DNA of 64,000 nucleotides from Candidatus Hydrogenedentota bacterium (GCA_963668025.2 CAXXTH010000010.1:288001-352000); one strand, 5' to 3'; counted from the first letter of the stretch, positions 51,900 through 61,835 are shown. The notes: generated from the letters alone by a model not told the origin. A program made the numbers and translations.

Positions 51900-52364
51900 A
51901 TGAATGAAATAATTGCGAGCGAAGGTATTCGAGCGTTATTATTCCTTGAGTATATTCTGTTTCTTTCAGTAGGACTCTTTAGTAAAAGAAAGAAAATGGC
52001 TGTAATAGTCTTTTTTATTTATAGCATATACATGTTATTGCTGGTAAAATTTTTATTCGTTGGCGAATTGTATCTGTTACTGGAAGTTTTATGGAGCTCA
52101 ATAGGCTTCTATTTCTGCTTTATCGTGTTCTATGCCTTTTTACCTGATCATTCGATGAAAGTGAGGTTTTTTTTATCAGGTGTTTTACCCGTAATGGCCG
52201 TGCTAATGAGTCTATTTTTATTCTCGTTTACTTTATACGTTGTACTTGATCTCGAAAACTTTCCGGATAAGAGATTATGTGTAGCCACTGCTATTCCGCT
52301 AATGCTAGTGTCGACAATTTTTGTGACAAATCTATTATGTGTATGGTTGTTAAAATTTATGTAA
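51900..52364 (+). CDS. AT-rich multi-TM membrane protein (putative immunity gene), possibly truncated by IS66
   Basis: GCGGAG RBS and hydrophobic helices. The stop codon is supplied by the GTAA end of the IS66. Confidence 0.65.
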   Translation: MNEIIASEGIRALLFLEYILFLSVGLFSKRKKMAVIVFFIYSIYMLLLVKFLFVGELYLLLEVLWSSIGFYFCFIVFYAFLPDHSMKVRFFLSGVLPVMAVLMSLFLFSFTLYVVLDLENFPDKRLCVATAIPLMLVSTIFVTNLLCVWLLKFM

Positions 52365-53888
52365 CACTTTAGCCGTCTGGCGCAACTATAAGTAGCGTTT
52401 CGGTATAATATAGTTACAAGATGTTGTGGTTTTGGGCCAAGACGCCATGGCGACGGCAATAAGTGGCATTCCATTGGGACCGCTGCTCTCGGAGGAGCAA
52501 GCCCGAGCGATCTACGCATTGGGCGAAGATGCCGTGGTGTTTGCCCTGTTGGCGCAATCCAAGCTGCTGTCGGAGCAGCAGGCCGAGGCGGCGTTCACTT
52601 CCCACCAAACGCCCTCCACCCCTTCGGGCATGCAGCCAGTTTACGGGAAACCCCAGACGCCTGTGCGCGGCAAGAAAAAGCCGGGACGCAAGATGGGCCA
52701 CCCCGGCAGCCGGCGCGTGCCGCCCGAACGTATCGACCGGCGTGAAACACACCGCACCAAGGTGTGTCCCGACTGCGGCGGGCCGCTGGACCGCCGCGCG
52801 GAGACCCGCACGCGCTACACCGAAGACATACCCGAAGGCATCCGTCCGGAAATCACCGAGCATACCATTCACCGCGACTGGTGTCCGCGATGCAAGAAGA
52901 AAGTCGAGCCGGTTGTGGCGGCGGCCTTGCCGGGCGCGACCCTGGGCAACCGGGTGCTGGTCCTCAGCGCGTGGCTGCACTATGTGTTGGGCAACACGCT
53001 TTCGCAAATCGTGGAGGTCTTCGATTTCCACCTGCTTTTCCAGGTCACGCCGGGCGGGCTGCTGCACATGTGGCGCAGGCTGGCGGAGATTCTCCTGCCT
53101 TGGTACGAGGCCATTCACCAGGAAGCGCTGGACTCGGCGGTGCTCAACGCCGACGAGACCGGCTGGCGCGTGAATGGCAAGACCCGATGGCTGTGGTGTT
53201 TCGCCACCAAAGGGCTGAGCTTTTTCCTGATCGACCATTCGCGGGGGAGTCCGGCGCTCCAGCAGTTCTTCACGCGGGAATTCGCCGGAACGCTGGTGGC
53301 CGACTTCTGGGCCGCGTACAACGCCGTGGCGTGCGCCGCCCGGCAGAAGTGCCTCGTGCATTTGTTGCGCGAACTCGAGCACGTGGAGAAATACAAATCG
53401 CCCAGCCCGGCCTGGCCCGCCTTCGCCAAAAAGCTGCGCCGCCTGATTGCCGACGCCATCCGGCTGTGGCGGCGGCGCGGCGAGCTCGAACCGGAGGCGT
53501 ACGACTCGCGCCGCGCGCGCTTCGCCCGGCGCTTGCGGGACTTGTGCGATACGCCCTGGGAGGACGCCAACGCCAAGCGCCTCATAAAAAGGCTGCGCCG
53601 ACACCAGGATGAACTCTTCACTTTTCTCGGCCAATCAGATGTTCCCTTCGACAACAACTTGGCGGAACGCTCCATCCGTCCTGCCGTTATCCTGCGCAAA
53701 AACAGTTACTGCAACCGCAGCGACCAAGGAGCCGCCATACAAGCGGTGCTCATGAGCGTCTTCTTTACTTTGAAAAAACGCGGGCAAAACCCCGTCTGCA
53801 CCGTCTGCAACGCCCTGGTCCACTACCTCAACACCGGCCAATTGCCTCCCCTGCCACCGGAAAACACTTCAGTCGGCTAAAGTGTTAC
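52361..53888 (+). mobile_element. IS66-family IS, single-ORF (ISBst12-like), 1528 bp
   Basis: Perfect 15-bp TIR GTAACACTTTAGCCG. No tnpA/tnpB accessory genes and no TSD visible. Confidence 0.9.
52447..53880 (+). CDS. IS66-family transposase
   Basis: CPDC/CPRC zinc ribbon, NADETGW, QKCLVHLLR and DNNLAERSIR motifs. Confidence 0.93.
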   Translation: MATAISGIPLGPLLSEEQARAIYALGEDAVVFALLAQSKLLSEQQAEAAFTSHQTPSTPSGMQPVYGKPQTPVRGKKKPGRKMGHPGSRRVPPERIDRRETHRTKVCPDCGGPLDRRAETRTRYTEDIPEGIRPEITEHTIHRDWCPRCKKKVEPVVAAALPGATLGNRVLVLSAWLHYVLGNTLSQIVEVFDFHLLFQVTPGGLLHMWRRLAEILLPWYEAIHQEALDSAVLNADETGWRVNGKTRWLWCFATKGLSFFLIDHSRGSPALQQFFTREFAGTLVADFWAAYNAVACAARQKCLVHLLRELEHVEKYKSPSPAWPAFAKKLRRLIADAIRLWRRRGELEPEAYDSRRARFARRLRDLCDTPWEDANAKRLIKRLRRHQDELFTFLGQSDVPFDNNLAERSIRPAVILRKNSYCNRSDQGAAIQAVLMSVFFTLKKRGQNPVCTVCNALVHYLNTGQLPPLPPENTSVG

Positions 53889-53899
53889 TAAAATCCGTA

Positions 53900-55691
53900 T
53901 TGACAAGGGTTTACAAAGCGGCGGAATTGGCGCCTACCCCGGAGAATGCGGGGAAAGGGGCTTGGCGGGGGCATGAATAAGGATTTTTTGTGAAAAATCA
54001 CCCCAAATGCCCTCGGCGAGCGGGAAAAGGCGTAACGTCTCCCGTGTGTGATTGTAGTATAGTTGACCACATAACCACGCACACACCAAGGAGACGTTTG
54101 CGATGGCCATTATACACCAAATGGGGTTGTTCTCGTGGAACCAGGTCGACGCGGCGTCGGATCTGGATCGGCTGAACCTGTTGCTGGCGGCGCTGCCGGA
54201 TGAAGATTTGATGCGGGCGATGGAAGCCGAACGCAAGGGGCGGCGCGACGATTATCCTATCCGCGCGATGTGGAACAGCATACTGGCGGGGATCGTCTTC
54301 CAGCACGACGGCGTCGAAAGCCTGCGCCGCGAACTAGCCCGAAACGGGCAATTGCGCCAGTTGTGCGGATTCGACGTGTTGCGGGGCGCCAAGGCGGTCC
54401 CGCCCGAATGGGTGTACACGCGGTTCTTCGCCAGATTACTGCGCCACTGGAAAGAAGTGGACCGGATGTTCGACGCGCTCATCGTCCGGCTGATGGAACG
54501 CTTGCCGGATCTCGGGGTGCGTCTGGCCGTAGACTCGAAAGCCATCCAAACCCACGCCAAGCCTCCGCGCAAAGACGCGGTCCTGGAAAACGAAGAGCCG
54601 GACGGGCGGCGCGACCGCGACGCAGACTGGGGCACGAAAACCTACAAGGGCGTTCACAAGGACGGCACGCCCTGGGAGAAGGTCAAACGGTGGTTCGGCT
54701 ACAAGCTGCACCTCATCGTGGACACGAAATATGAATTGCCGCTGGGCTACGCGGTCACGAAAGCCAGCGCCAACGACTCGCCCTTTCTGCTGCCCCTCGT
54801 GGCGGCTCTCGACGCGCGCCACCCCGAACTCGTCCAACGCGCCGAGTACCTCAGCGCCGACAAGGGCTATGATTCCGAAGCCAACAACAAGGGCCTCTTC
54901 GAGGAACATGAAATCCGGCCCATCGTGGACATCCGGGCGACCTGGAAAGAAGAACCGGAACGGCCCCGCCCTTTATATCCCGAACGGGTAGACACGATCT
55001 TCCATACCGAACGAGGTGAAGTCCTCTGCCGGTGTCGTAACGGCGCCCCAAACGAACGCGACAACTATGATTCCATGGCCTACCAAGGATTCGAGCAAGA
55101 TCGGGGAACCTTGAAATACCGTTGCCCAGCCAAGGCACGCGGGAGCGCCTGTACCCAGCAAGACCTCTGCAACCAAGGATGCCAGCCCGAACACGGACGG
55201 ATTGTCCGCGTGCCCATCGCTATCGACCGGCGCATCTTTACCCCCCTGCCCCGCAGCGCCAAATCCTGGCGCCGCGAATACAAACACCGCACCGCCATCG
55301 AGCGAGTCAACAGCCGACTCGACGGCGCATACGGATTCGAGCGCCACTACATCCGCGGTATGAAAAAGATGCGCGCCCGCACCGGATTAGCCCTCCTCGT
55401 CATGCTCGGCATGGCCCTGGGATGGCTCGAAGCCGGCCAGGCAGAACGCATGCGCTCGCTCCTCGGACAGCCCCGCGCCGCATAGATCACATCGAATCCG
55501 CACAAGCAATGATGGCCCGAATCAAGGGCAAACCATGCCCATTCGGGCCGCAAGGGTCCTACACGCGAACCTCCTGCATGATTTATTGCACCCGTAGCGG
55601 AGGCGTAATCCCATTGCCACAGGCGAAAACCGCTCCGCGTGTGCCCGCACCGTCCGCGCGTTCGCAAACCACGCTATTTCGCAAATGCCTC
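53900..55691 (+). mobile_element. IS carrying a DDE transposase (IS4/IS5/IS1182-like); left end uncertain
   Basis: Probable right end ctatttcgcaaatgcctc (to 55691) coincides with a gene truncation. Only weak similarity at ~53904. Confidence 0.55.
54103..55485 (+). CDS. DDE transposase (IS4/IS5/IS1182-like)
   Basis: AVDSK, WFGYKLHL, SADKGYD and YKHRTAIERVNSRL (YREK-like) motifs. Confidence 0.9.
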   Translation: MAIIHQMGLFSWNQVDAASDLDRLNLLLAALPDEDLMRAMEAERKGRRDDYPIRAMWNSILAGIVFQHDGVESLRRELARNGQLRQLCGFDVLRGAKAVPPEWVYTRFFARLLRHWKEVDRMFDALIVRLMERLPDLGVRLAVDSKAIQTHAKPPRKDAVLENEEPDGRRDRDADWGTKTYKGVHKDGTPWEKVKRWFGYKLHLIVDTKYELPLGYAVTKASANDSPFLLPLVAALDARHPELVQRAEYLSADKGYDSEANNKGLFEEHEIRPIVDIRATWKEEPERPRPLYPERVDTIFHTERGEVLCRCRNGAPNERDNYDSMAYQGFEQDRGTLKYRCPAKARGSACTQQDLCNQGCQPEHGRIVRVPIAIDRRIFTPLPRSAKSWRREYKHRTAIERVNSRLDGAYGFERHYIRGMKKMRARTGLALLVMLGMALGWLEAGQAERMRSLLGQPRAA

Positions 55692-55841
55692 ACAGTCGTC
55701 CATGGTTTCATTCGCGGCTATTTTGGCTTCTTCCTTCATCATGTTGTCGATAAATGAATCAGGAAACGGCGGAAGATCGCCAGCAGCACAGGAAAGAAGC
55801 AAAGAGTAGAATACGCTGAAGCAACAGATGATCCGTTTCAT
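55692..55841 (-). pseudogene. 5' remnant of a secreted/lipoprotein gene cut by the adjacent IS
   Basis: MKRIICCFSVFYSLLLSCAAGDLPP... with a lipobox-like LLSC, running into the IS end. Confidence 0.5.
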
Positions 55842-55949
55842 GGCCAGCCCTCAGGGATTATCAAATGCAAGTACTACACACAATAAACTAACTCTTATGT
55901 TTATACGCAACAAAGCTTATGTGGATACAACTGAAAACAGATACAAACA

Positions 55950-57233
55950 TCATATACTCTGGAATACCTCCCGCGCCGCTTCTAGGGTTTGATCGAGTTC
56001 GATGTCGGTGTGAGCAGCGCTCATGAAGCAGGCCTCGAATTGGGAGGGGGCAAAATAAGCACCCCGTTCGAGCATGCTGTGAAAGAACCGGGCATAGCGC
56101 TCCGTATCCGATTGGGCGGCGTCCGCGTAGTTGCGGACTGGGCCGGAATGGAAGAACAGGCAGCCCATCGAGCCTGCCTGCGCCTGGTATACGGGAATGC
56201 CCGCTTCGCGGGCGATCACGCCCAGGCCTTCGCTAAGGAGTTCGAGCTTGCCCTCGATATCTTCGAATACCCCGGGCTGTTCGAGGATATCGAGCGTGGC
56301 CAGCCCAGCGGCCGTGGCCAAGGGATTGCCCGACAGCGTGCCTGCCTGGTAGACCGGCCCGAGGGGGGCGAGGTGGTCCATAATCCCGGCGCGTCCGCCG
56401 TACGCGCCCACGGGCAGCCCGCCGCCGATGACTTTCCCGAGGATAGTCAGGTCGGGCGTCACGCCATACCGCTGTTGCGCCCCGCCCATGGCCACGCGGA
56501 AACCGGTCATCACCTCATCGAAGATGAGCAGTGCGCCGTGGCGCGTGGCCAGCCTGCGCAGTTCCTCCAGGTAGCCTGGTTCGGGCAGTATGACTCCGGC
56601 GTTGCCCGCCACGGGCTCGATGATCACGCAGGCGATGTCTTCGCCACGGGCCTCGAACAGCGTGCGTGCGGCCTCGCGGTCGTTGAACGGCATGGTGAGG
56701 GTGCATTGCGCGAAGGCGGCGGGGACGCCCGGCGTCGAGGGGATCCCGAGCGTGGCGAGGCCGCTGCCTGACTTCACCAGCAAACTGTCCACGTGGCCGT
56801 GGTAGCAGCCTTCGGCTTTCACGGTGAGCGCGCGGCCCGTGTAGCCCCGCGCCAGCCGGATGGCGCTCATCGAGGCCTCCGTGCCGCTGTTCACGAGGCG
56901 CACTTTCTCGATGGAAGGGATATGCCGGATGATTCGTTCCGCCAGCCGGACCTCGGCCTCGGTGGGAATGCCGAAACTGGAGCCCCGTTCGAGGGCTTTG
57001 CGGACCGCCTCGACGACGTGGGGATGGGCATGGCCCAGCACCAGCGGCCCCCACGACAATACGTAATCGATAAGTGCGTTGCCGTCGGCGTCGGTGACGA
57101 TGGGGCCGCTGCCGGAGGCCGCGAAAAACGGCTCGCCGCCCACGCCCTTGAACGCCCGCACGGGGCTGTTCACGCCGCCCACCAACACCTTATTCGCCTG
57201 ACGCCACAACTCCATAGAGCGCTCGGATTTCAT
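55950..57233 (-). CDS. hemL: Glutamate-1-semialdehyde 2,1-aminomutase
   Basis: GGVNSPVRAF, VNSGTEA, FDEVMTGFR, GKVIGGGLPVG and QAGTLSGNP motifs. Confidence 0.97.
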   Translation of the reverse strand: MKSERSMELWRQANKVLVGGVNSPVRAFKGVGGEPFFAASGSGPIVTDADGNALIDYVLSWGPLVLGHAHPHVVEAVRKALERGSSFGIPTEAEVRLAERIIRHIPSIEKVRLVNSGTEASMSAIRLARGYTGRALTVKAEGCYHGHVDSLLVKSGSGLATLGIPSTPGVPAAFAQCTLTMPFNDREAARTLFEARGEDIACVIIEPVAGNAGVILPEPGYLEELRRLATRHGALLIFDEVMTGFRVAMGGAQQRYGVTPDLTILGKVIGGGLPVGAYGGRAGIMDHLAPLGPVYQAGTLSGNPLATAAGLATLDILEQPGVFEDIEGKLELLSEGLGVIAREAGIPVYQAQAGSMGCLFFHSGPVRNYADAAQSDTERYARFFHSMLERGAYFAPSQFEACFMSAAHTDIELDQTLEAAREVFQSI

Positions 57234-57254
57234 TTATAAAATTCCTTTTTTTAA

Positions 57255-57649
57255 ACCACTAAATACACGAAACACACGAAAATATATGGACAAAAGACGT
57301 GCTTAAATAGTAATTCTTTTTTAGACATGATTTACATGATGTACAAGATTTACCAAAAGATGCAATACTTGCTTTCGTCTTTTAACGCAAACGATGGCTC
57401 ATCGCTAAAATCAAAAATCTTGTCCATCTTGTAAATCATGTCTAAAAATCCCCTGCCTCATGCTACTAACGTACTGTTGCTTTTCATGTGTTTCGGACTA
57501 CTATTTGGCGGAGTCTTGGTCTCTTGCGATGATTTTGCTTGGAAACCTATGCATATCAAATAGTTATATTCGGTTCTATAGGCATATCCCTTGAGCGGTG
57601 GGGCAAGCCCCACCCTACAATTTTTCGTGTGTTTCGTGTATTTCGTGGT
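57255..57649. repeat. Nested repeat: outer triple-nonamer inverted repeat (CACGAAAYA class) enclosing an ACATGATTT-class element and a GTAG REP
   Basis: Outer arms 57255-57282 and 57622-57649 (27/28 complementary). Inner arms 57318-57351 and 57415-57448 (32/34). REP at ~57597-57618 on the minus strand. Confidence 0.88.
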
Positions 57650-58934
57650 CTCTCTCGCAAGTGAACTCTTTCAACCCGAAAATACGTTTCACCAGATGCA
57701 GCACCGTATGCGGATCGTGATGCCCTATCTCGTGTTTGATCTCGGCCATCGAACGGCTGAGAATTTTGCGCAAGATCCGCTTGGTGAGATAGGCGATCTC
57801 GGCTTGCTCCTTTTCCGTCAGGTCCGGCAGCGCCGCCAAGGTTTTCCGCAACTCCTCCTCGCGGATGAGATCGAGTTCTTTCGTCATCGAGACCAGCGTC
57901 GGCTCGGCGGCAAGGGCCTGGGTCCACGAGGTGAACTGCTCGACGCCTTGCTCGACCAGGGCCATGCAGCGGTCAAGCTCCTTACGCCGCCCCGAGAGAT
58001 TCTCCGCCACTACCTGTTCGAGATCATCCATATTATACAGATACACATTATCGAGTCCACCTACTTCCGGCTCGACATCGCGCGGAACGGCGATGTCGAT
58101 GACCAGCATCGGCTGCTGCGCCCGCTCTTTCAGGGCTTGCCGGAACTCCGGCGGATGCAGGACCGCATGGGGCGAGGCGGTCGTGCTGATGACGATGTCG
58201 GCGCGATGCAGATGCTTGGGCAGCGCCTCGAATGCGATAGGCTCGCCGCCATAGGGTTCCGCGAGGGCTTGCGCTTTTTCCTCGTTGCGGTTAACGACCA
58301 GGACGCGGCCCGCGCCATGTTCCATGAGATGCTTGAGCGCCAGCCCGCCCATTTCGCCGCTGCCGATGACCATGACGGTCTTGCCCGCCAGTTCTTGGAA
58401 TACGGAGACGGCCAAATCGACGGCGACGGACACCACCGACACTTTCCCCTCGCCGATGGAGGTCCGGCTGCGGATGTTTTTCGCTACGGCGAACGCCTTT
58501 TGAAATAGGGCATGGATCACCTTGTCGGCGGCCTGTTCGGATTGGGACAGGAGATAGGCGTCATGCGCCTGGCCCAGGATCTGCGCTTCTCCCACCACCA
58601 GGCTATCGATACTCGACATCACACGAAACAAATGTCCCGCCGCGTTCCGCCCGGAATGGACATATAGCGCGTCACGGAACTCGGCCTCGGGCACGCCGCG
58701 CGAATCGCACAAGAACGCCCGGATCTCGTCGGCGATCTCTTCGGCGCTGGCGGGGGCGTAGTTGGCGTACACCTCCACGCGGTTGCAGGTGTTCAAGATC
58801 ACCACGCCCGCGCCATCCAGCCGTTCGCGGAAACTCCGGAGCGCGGCGGGAATCGATGCGGCTGGAAACGCCAGTTTTTCGCGCAATTCCACCGAACTGC
58901 TGTGATGGCTTAACCCTACTACAACAAGGCTCAC
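57615..58934 (-). CDS. hemA: Glutamyl-tRNA reductase
   Basis: VGLSHH, TCNRVE, VGEAQILGQ, GSGEMG and DIAVPRDV motifs. GTG start overlaps the ccsA stop. Confidence 0.95.
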   Translation of the reverse strand: MSLVVVGLSHHSSSVELREKLAFPAASIPAALRSFRERLDGAGVVILNTCNRVEVYANYAPASAEEIADEIRAFLCDSRGVPEAEFRDALYVHSGRNAAGHLFRVMSSIDSLVVGEAQILGQAHDAYLLSQSEQAADKVIHALFQKAFAVAKNIRSRTSIGEGKVSVVSVAVDLAVSVFQELAGKTVMVIGSGEMGGLALKHLMEHGAGRVLVVNRNEEKAQALAEPYGGEPIAFEALPKHLHRADIVISTTASPHAVLHPPEFRQALKERAQQPMLVIDIAVPRDVEPEVGGLDNVYLYNMDDLEQVVAENLSGRRKELDRCMALVEQGVEQFTSWTQALAAEPTLVSMTKELDLIREEELRKTLAALPDLTEKEQAEIAYLTKRILRKILSRSMAEIKHEIGHHDPHTVLHLVKRIFGLKEFTCERDHEIHETHEKL

Positions 58935-59779
58935 GGGGCGCCTCCCCAGAAATGGTATTCTCTTACATGCAGCAGCGACAGCACGACGTACAGGGCCAAT
59001 AAAGTAAGGAATCCTGTCATCACATGGTAGGCCAGTTTCGAACCTCGGAGCCGCCCGGCCCGGCGCAGATGAAAAGTCGCCGCATAAAAAAACGCCATAA
59101 AAACGGATAATACGACTTTCGGCGCGAGCCACCACCGTGGACCCAGCAATTCCTGGCCCAGCCATGCCCAGGACAAGCCCAGCGCCAACGCCAGCACAAA
59201 AAGGGGATAGCCGCATACCATCAGCCGGTGCAGGAGTGTGTCCAGTTCTTCGAGTGAAGGCAAGCTGCGCGCTAGCCAGGTGCTGCGGTGGCGTTTGAGA
59301 TGAAAGGCTAGGCACAAGTAGGCCGCGCTGGTCATGCTGGCAATGAAGAAAAACGCATAGGCCACGAAGGCCATTCCCACATGCAAGACAAGCAGTGCGC
59401 CAGGCAGTTCACGAGGCGCTTGAGCGAAGCTGTGATGCGCCGTGAAGGCGTTCACGAAGACGATCAGCGCCAACGGCGGAATATAGAACGGCAGCAGGGC
59501 GGGCGCGTGGCGTGTTTTCACGATACATATTGCAATGCACGAGCATAGGATGGTGAAGAGCAGGAGCGAGTCGGCCATGGACGTAAGCGGAACTTGGCCC
59601 CATGCCGCCCCGCGCAGGATGAGGCATACGGTGAAACACACGAGCGCCGCGCCTAATGCGTGTATGGATAGCCGCATAGGGCGCGGTTCGGCGCTTCGGG
59701 CGTAATGCAATGTAAGCGCCGCCGACGCCACGAAGCATGCGCTTCCCGCGTAGAACAGGATATAAAGGGCAGGATTCAT
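58931..59779 (-). CDS. ccsA: Cytochrome c assembly / HemX-like membrane protein
   Basis: About 8 TM helices, with LHV, LPSLEELD and W-rich (WW-x2-PK) motifs. Directly upstream of hemA. Confidence 0.8.
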   Translation of the reverse strand: MNPALYILFYAGSACFVASAALTLHYARSAEPRPMRLSIHALGAALVCFTVCLILRGAAWGQVPLTSMADSLLLFTILCSCIAICIVKTRHAPALLPFYIPPLALIVFVNAFTAHHSFAQAPRELPGALLVLHVGMAFVAYAFFFIASMTSAAYLCLAFHLKRHRSTWLARSLPSLEELDTLLHRLMVCGYPLFVLALALGLSWAWLGQELLGPRWWLAPKVVLSVFMAFFYAATFHLRRAGRLRGSKLAYHVMTGFLTLLALYVVLSLLHVREYHFWGGAP

Positions 59780-60843
59780 GGTTTGGCTCCCGGCGGCGTA
59801 TAGCTGCATGCTGGTTCCTCGCCGAATGCGTCGCCGGTCAACGCAAAGGCGCGGGCACGGCAGCCGCCGCACCAGCGCCGGTAGCCGCAATAGCCGCATT
59901 TTCCGGTGTAGTGGCTGAAATCGCGCATCTTCCGAAACAGCGGCGATTCCTCCCATATCCGCGCGAAGTCGTAGCCGCTCGCACGCAGGCCGCCCGCCTC
60001 TTCTTCGAGAAAGCCACAGATCTGCACTTTGCCCACGTGGCTGATGAATGCGAATCCCGAGCCGCCCATGCATCCCTTGCTCATCGCATCGAGGCCATGC
60101 GTCTCGCGCGACACCTGCCGCCCTTCGGCGGACTCGCGCTGCCGCAGTACGCGGTAATAATGGGGCGCGCACGTGGGCTTGAAGGGAATCGGGCTGTTCC
60201 GGCTCATATCGTAAATCTGGTTCAACACGTGCTCGTACTCGTCCGCATCGAGCACCTCTTCCTTGATTCCCTCGCCGCGCCCGACGGGCACGAGGAGGAA
60301 GGGATGGAACGCTGCCGCACCCAGCGACACCGCGAGTTCGAGGATTTGCGGCAGTTGCGCCAGGTTTCCGCGCGTGACAGTGGTGTTGATCTGAAAGCCG
60401 AGTCCCGCGTTCGTCGCGGCGGCAATGCCGTTCATGGAGGATTGAAACGCTCCTGGCACGCCGCGAAAGGCGTCGTGGCTCTCGGCGGTGGCTCCATCAA
60501 TGCTGATGCTGATGCGCTGCACGCCCGCGTCTTTCAACGCCCGCGCCGAGGCTTCCGTCAACAACGCGCCGCAGGTCGCCATCACCGGCCTCAGGCCCGC
60601 TTGCCCGACATAGCGGACGATATCAAGCAGATCGGGGCGCAGCATAGGTTCACCGCCGGTGAGGATCATGATCGGCTGGAAATGGGCGGCGATGCTGTCC
60701 ACAACCTGTTTGATCTCGTCCAAGGAAAACTCGCCGGCGTATCCGCCCGCATGGGACGCCGCGCGGCAATGGCGGCAATGTAAATTGCAGCTCCGTGTCA
60801 GCTCCCACGCGATCAAGCGGGGCGTATGCGCCACATGCTCCAT
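59776..60843 (-). CDS. ahbD: Radical SAM heme b synthase
   Basis: AWELTRSCNLHCRHC, KPTCAPHYYR and SPASM cysteines. Confidence 0.88.
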   Translation of the reverse strand: MEHVAHTPRLIAWELTRSCNLHCRHCRAASHAGGYAGEFSLDEIKQVVDSIAAHFQPIMILTGGEPMLRPDLLDIVRYVGQAGLRPVMATCGALLTEASARALKDAGVQRISISIDGATAESHDAFRGVPGAFQSSMNGIAAATNAGLGFQINTTVTRGNLAQLPQILELAVSLGAAAFHPFLLVPVGRGEGIKEEVLDADEYEHVLNQIYDMSRNSPIPFKPTCAPHYYRVLRQRESAEGRQVSRETHGLDAMSKGCMGGSGFAFISHVGKVQICGFLEEEAGGLRASGYDFARIWEESPLFRKMRDFSHYTGKCGYCGYRRWCGGCRARAFALTGDAFGEEPACSYTPPGAKP

Positions 60844-60845
60844 AC

Positions 60846-61835
60846 TTATTCGCCTTCAGCGTCCACGAAATACCGTGGCGCGGTTTTCTTGAATTCGCGC
60901 GTGCTGAAGAGAACCTCGTACGCATCGAGCCGCACCGCCTGGCTGATGCGCCGCGCCGTATTGCGCACTTCCTCCTCTTTCGCGCCGTGAATCATGGCGT
61001 AGAGATTGTAGGGCCAAGCGGGATGAGATGCACGGGAATAGCAATGGCTTACTTCGGGAAACTGGGCCATCAATTGGCCCGTGTCCTCGATGCGCTCTTC
61101 GGGAGCCAGCCAAACGCTCATGCCGTTTGCGGCGAATCCAGCGGCGCGGTGAGCCACCCGCGCCCCGAACCGGCGCATGGTTCCATCCTCAAGCCATTCC
61201 CGTATCAACGCCAATACCTGCGCCTCGGCGATTCCCGCCTTGCGGGCGATCTCTTCGAACGGATGCAGCGCCAGAGGCATAGGCTCGCTCAACATCCGGA
61301 TCACGCGCCTCTCTTCCGGCGTGAATGCGCGCGATGTGCGGGCGCACCGTTCTGGGGCTGCCATCACTGGCGTATTCACGTCCGATGTTTGAAAAAACAC
61401 GCGAATCTTAAACACCCGCTTCGATGGAAATGATAGCGCTTGAATGACGCCGTCCATCGCGCGGATCGCTTCGAGGATGCCCTCGGCACGTTCCTGCGTG
61501 CGTGCGATCAGCGTGAACCATATATTGAACGTATGGCTGCGTAGATAATTGTGCGTTACTTCACTAAAGCCATTGATACGCGAGGCCACGCTCTCGACGG
61601 CATCCGTCGATACCTGGGCGGCGCACAGCGTCGTGGCGTACCCCAAGCGAACGGCGTCGAACACGGCTCCATACTCGCGCACCACGCCATCCAGCACCAA
61701 CCGCCGCATGCGTTCGAAGGCTTCCGCTTCCGCCACACCCATTTGCTTCGCCAGCGCGGCGAAAGGCGCGGCATCGAGCGGAAAGCGCTCCTGCGCAATA
61801 TCGAGCAGTTGGCGGTCTAGTGCATCGAGGTTCAT
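60846..61835 (-). CDS. ahbAB: Siroheme decarboxylase, fused AhbA-AhbB
   Basis: Two Lrp/AsnC-like halves with VTHNYLR and VSHCYSR (HxYxR) motifs. Confidence 0.88.
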   Translation of the reverse strand: MNLDALDRQLLDIAQERFPLDAAPFAALAKQMGVAEAEAFERMRRLVLDGVVREYGAVFDAVRLGYATTLCAAQVSTDAVESVASRINGFSEVTHNYLRSHTFNIWFTLIARTQERAEGILEAIRAMDGVIQALSFPSKRVFKIRVFFQTSDVNTPVMAAPERCARTSRAFTPEERRVIRMLSEPMPLALHPFEEIARKAGIAEAQVLALIREWLEDGTMRRFGARVAHRAAGFAANGMSVWLAPEERIEDTGQLMAQFPEVSHCYSRASHPAWPYNLYAMIHGAKEEEVRNTARRISQAVRLDAYEVLFSTREFKKTAPRYFVDAEGE

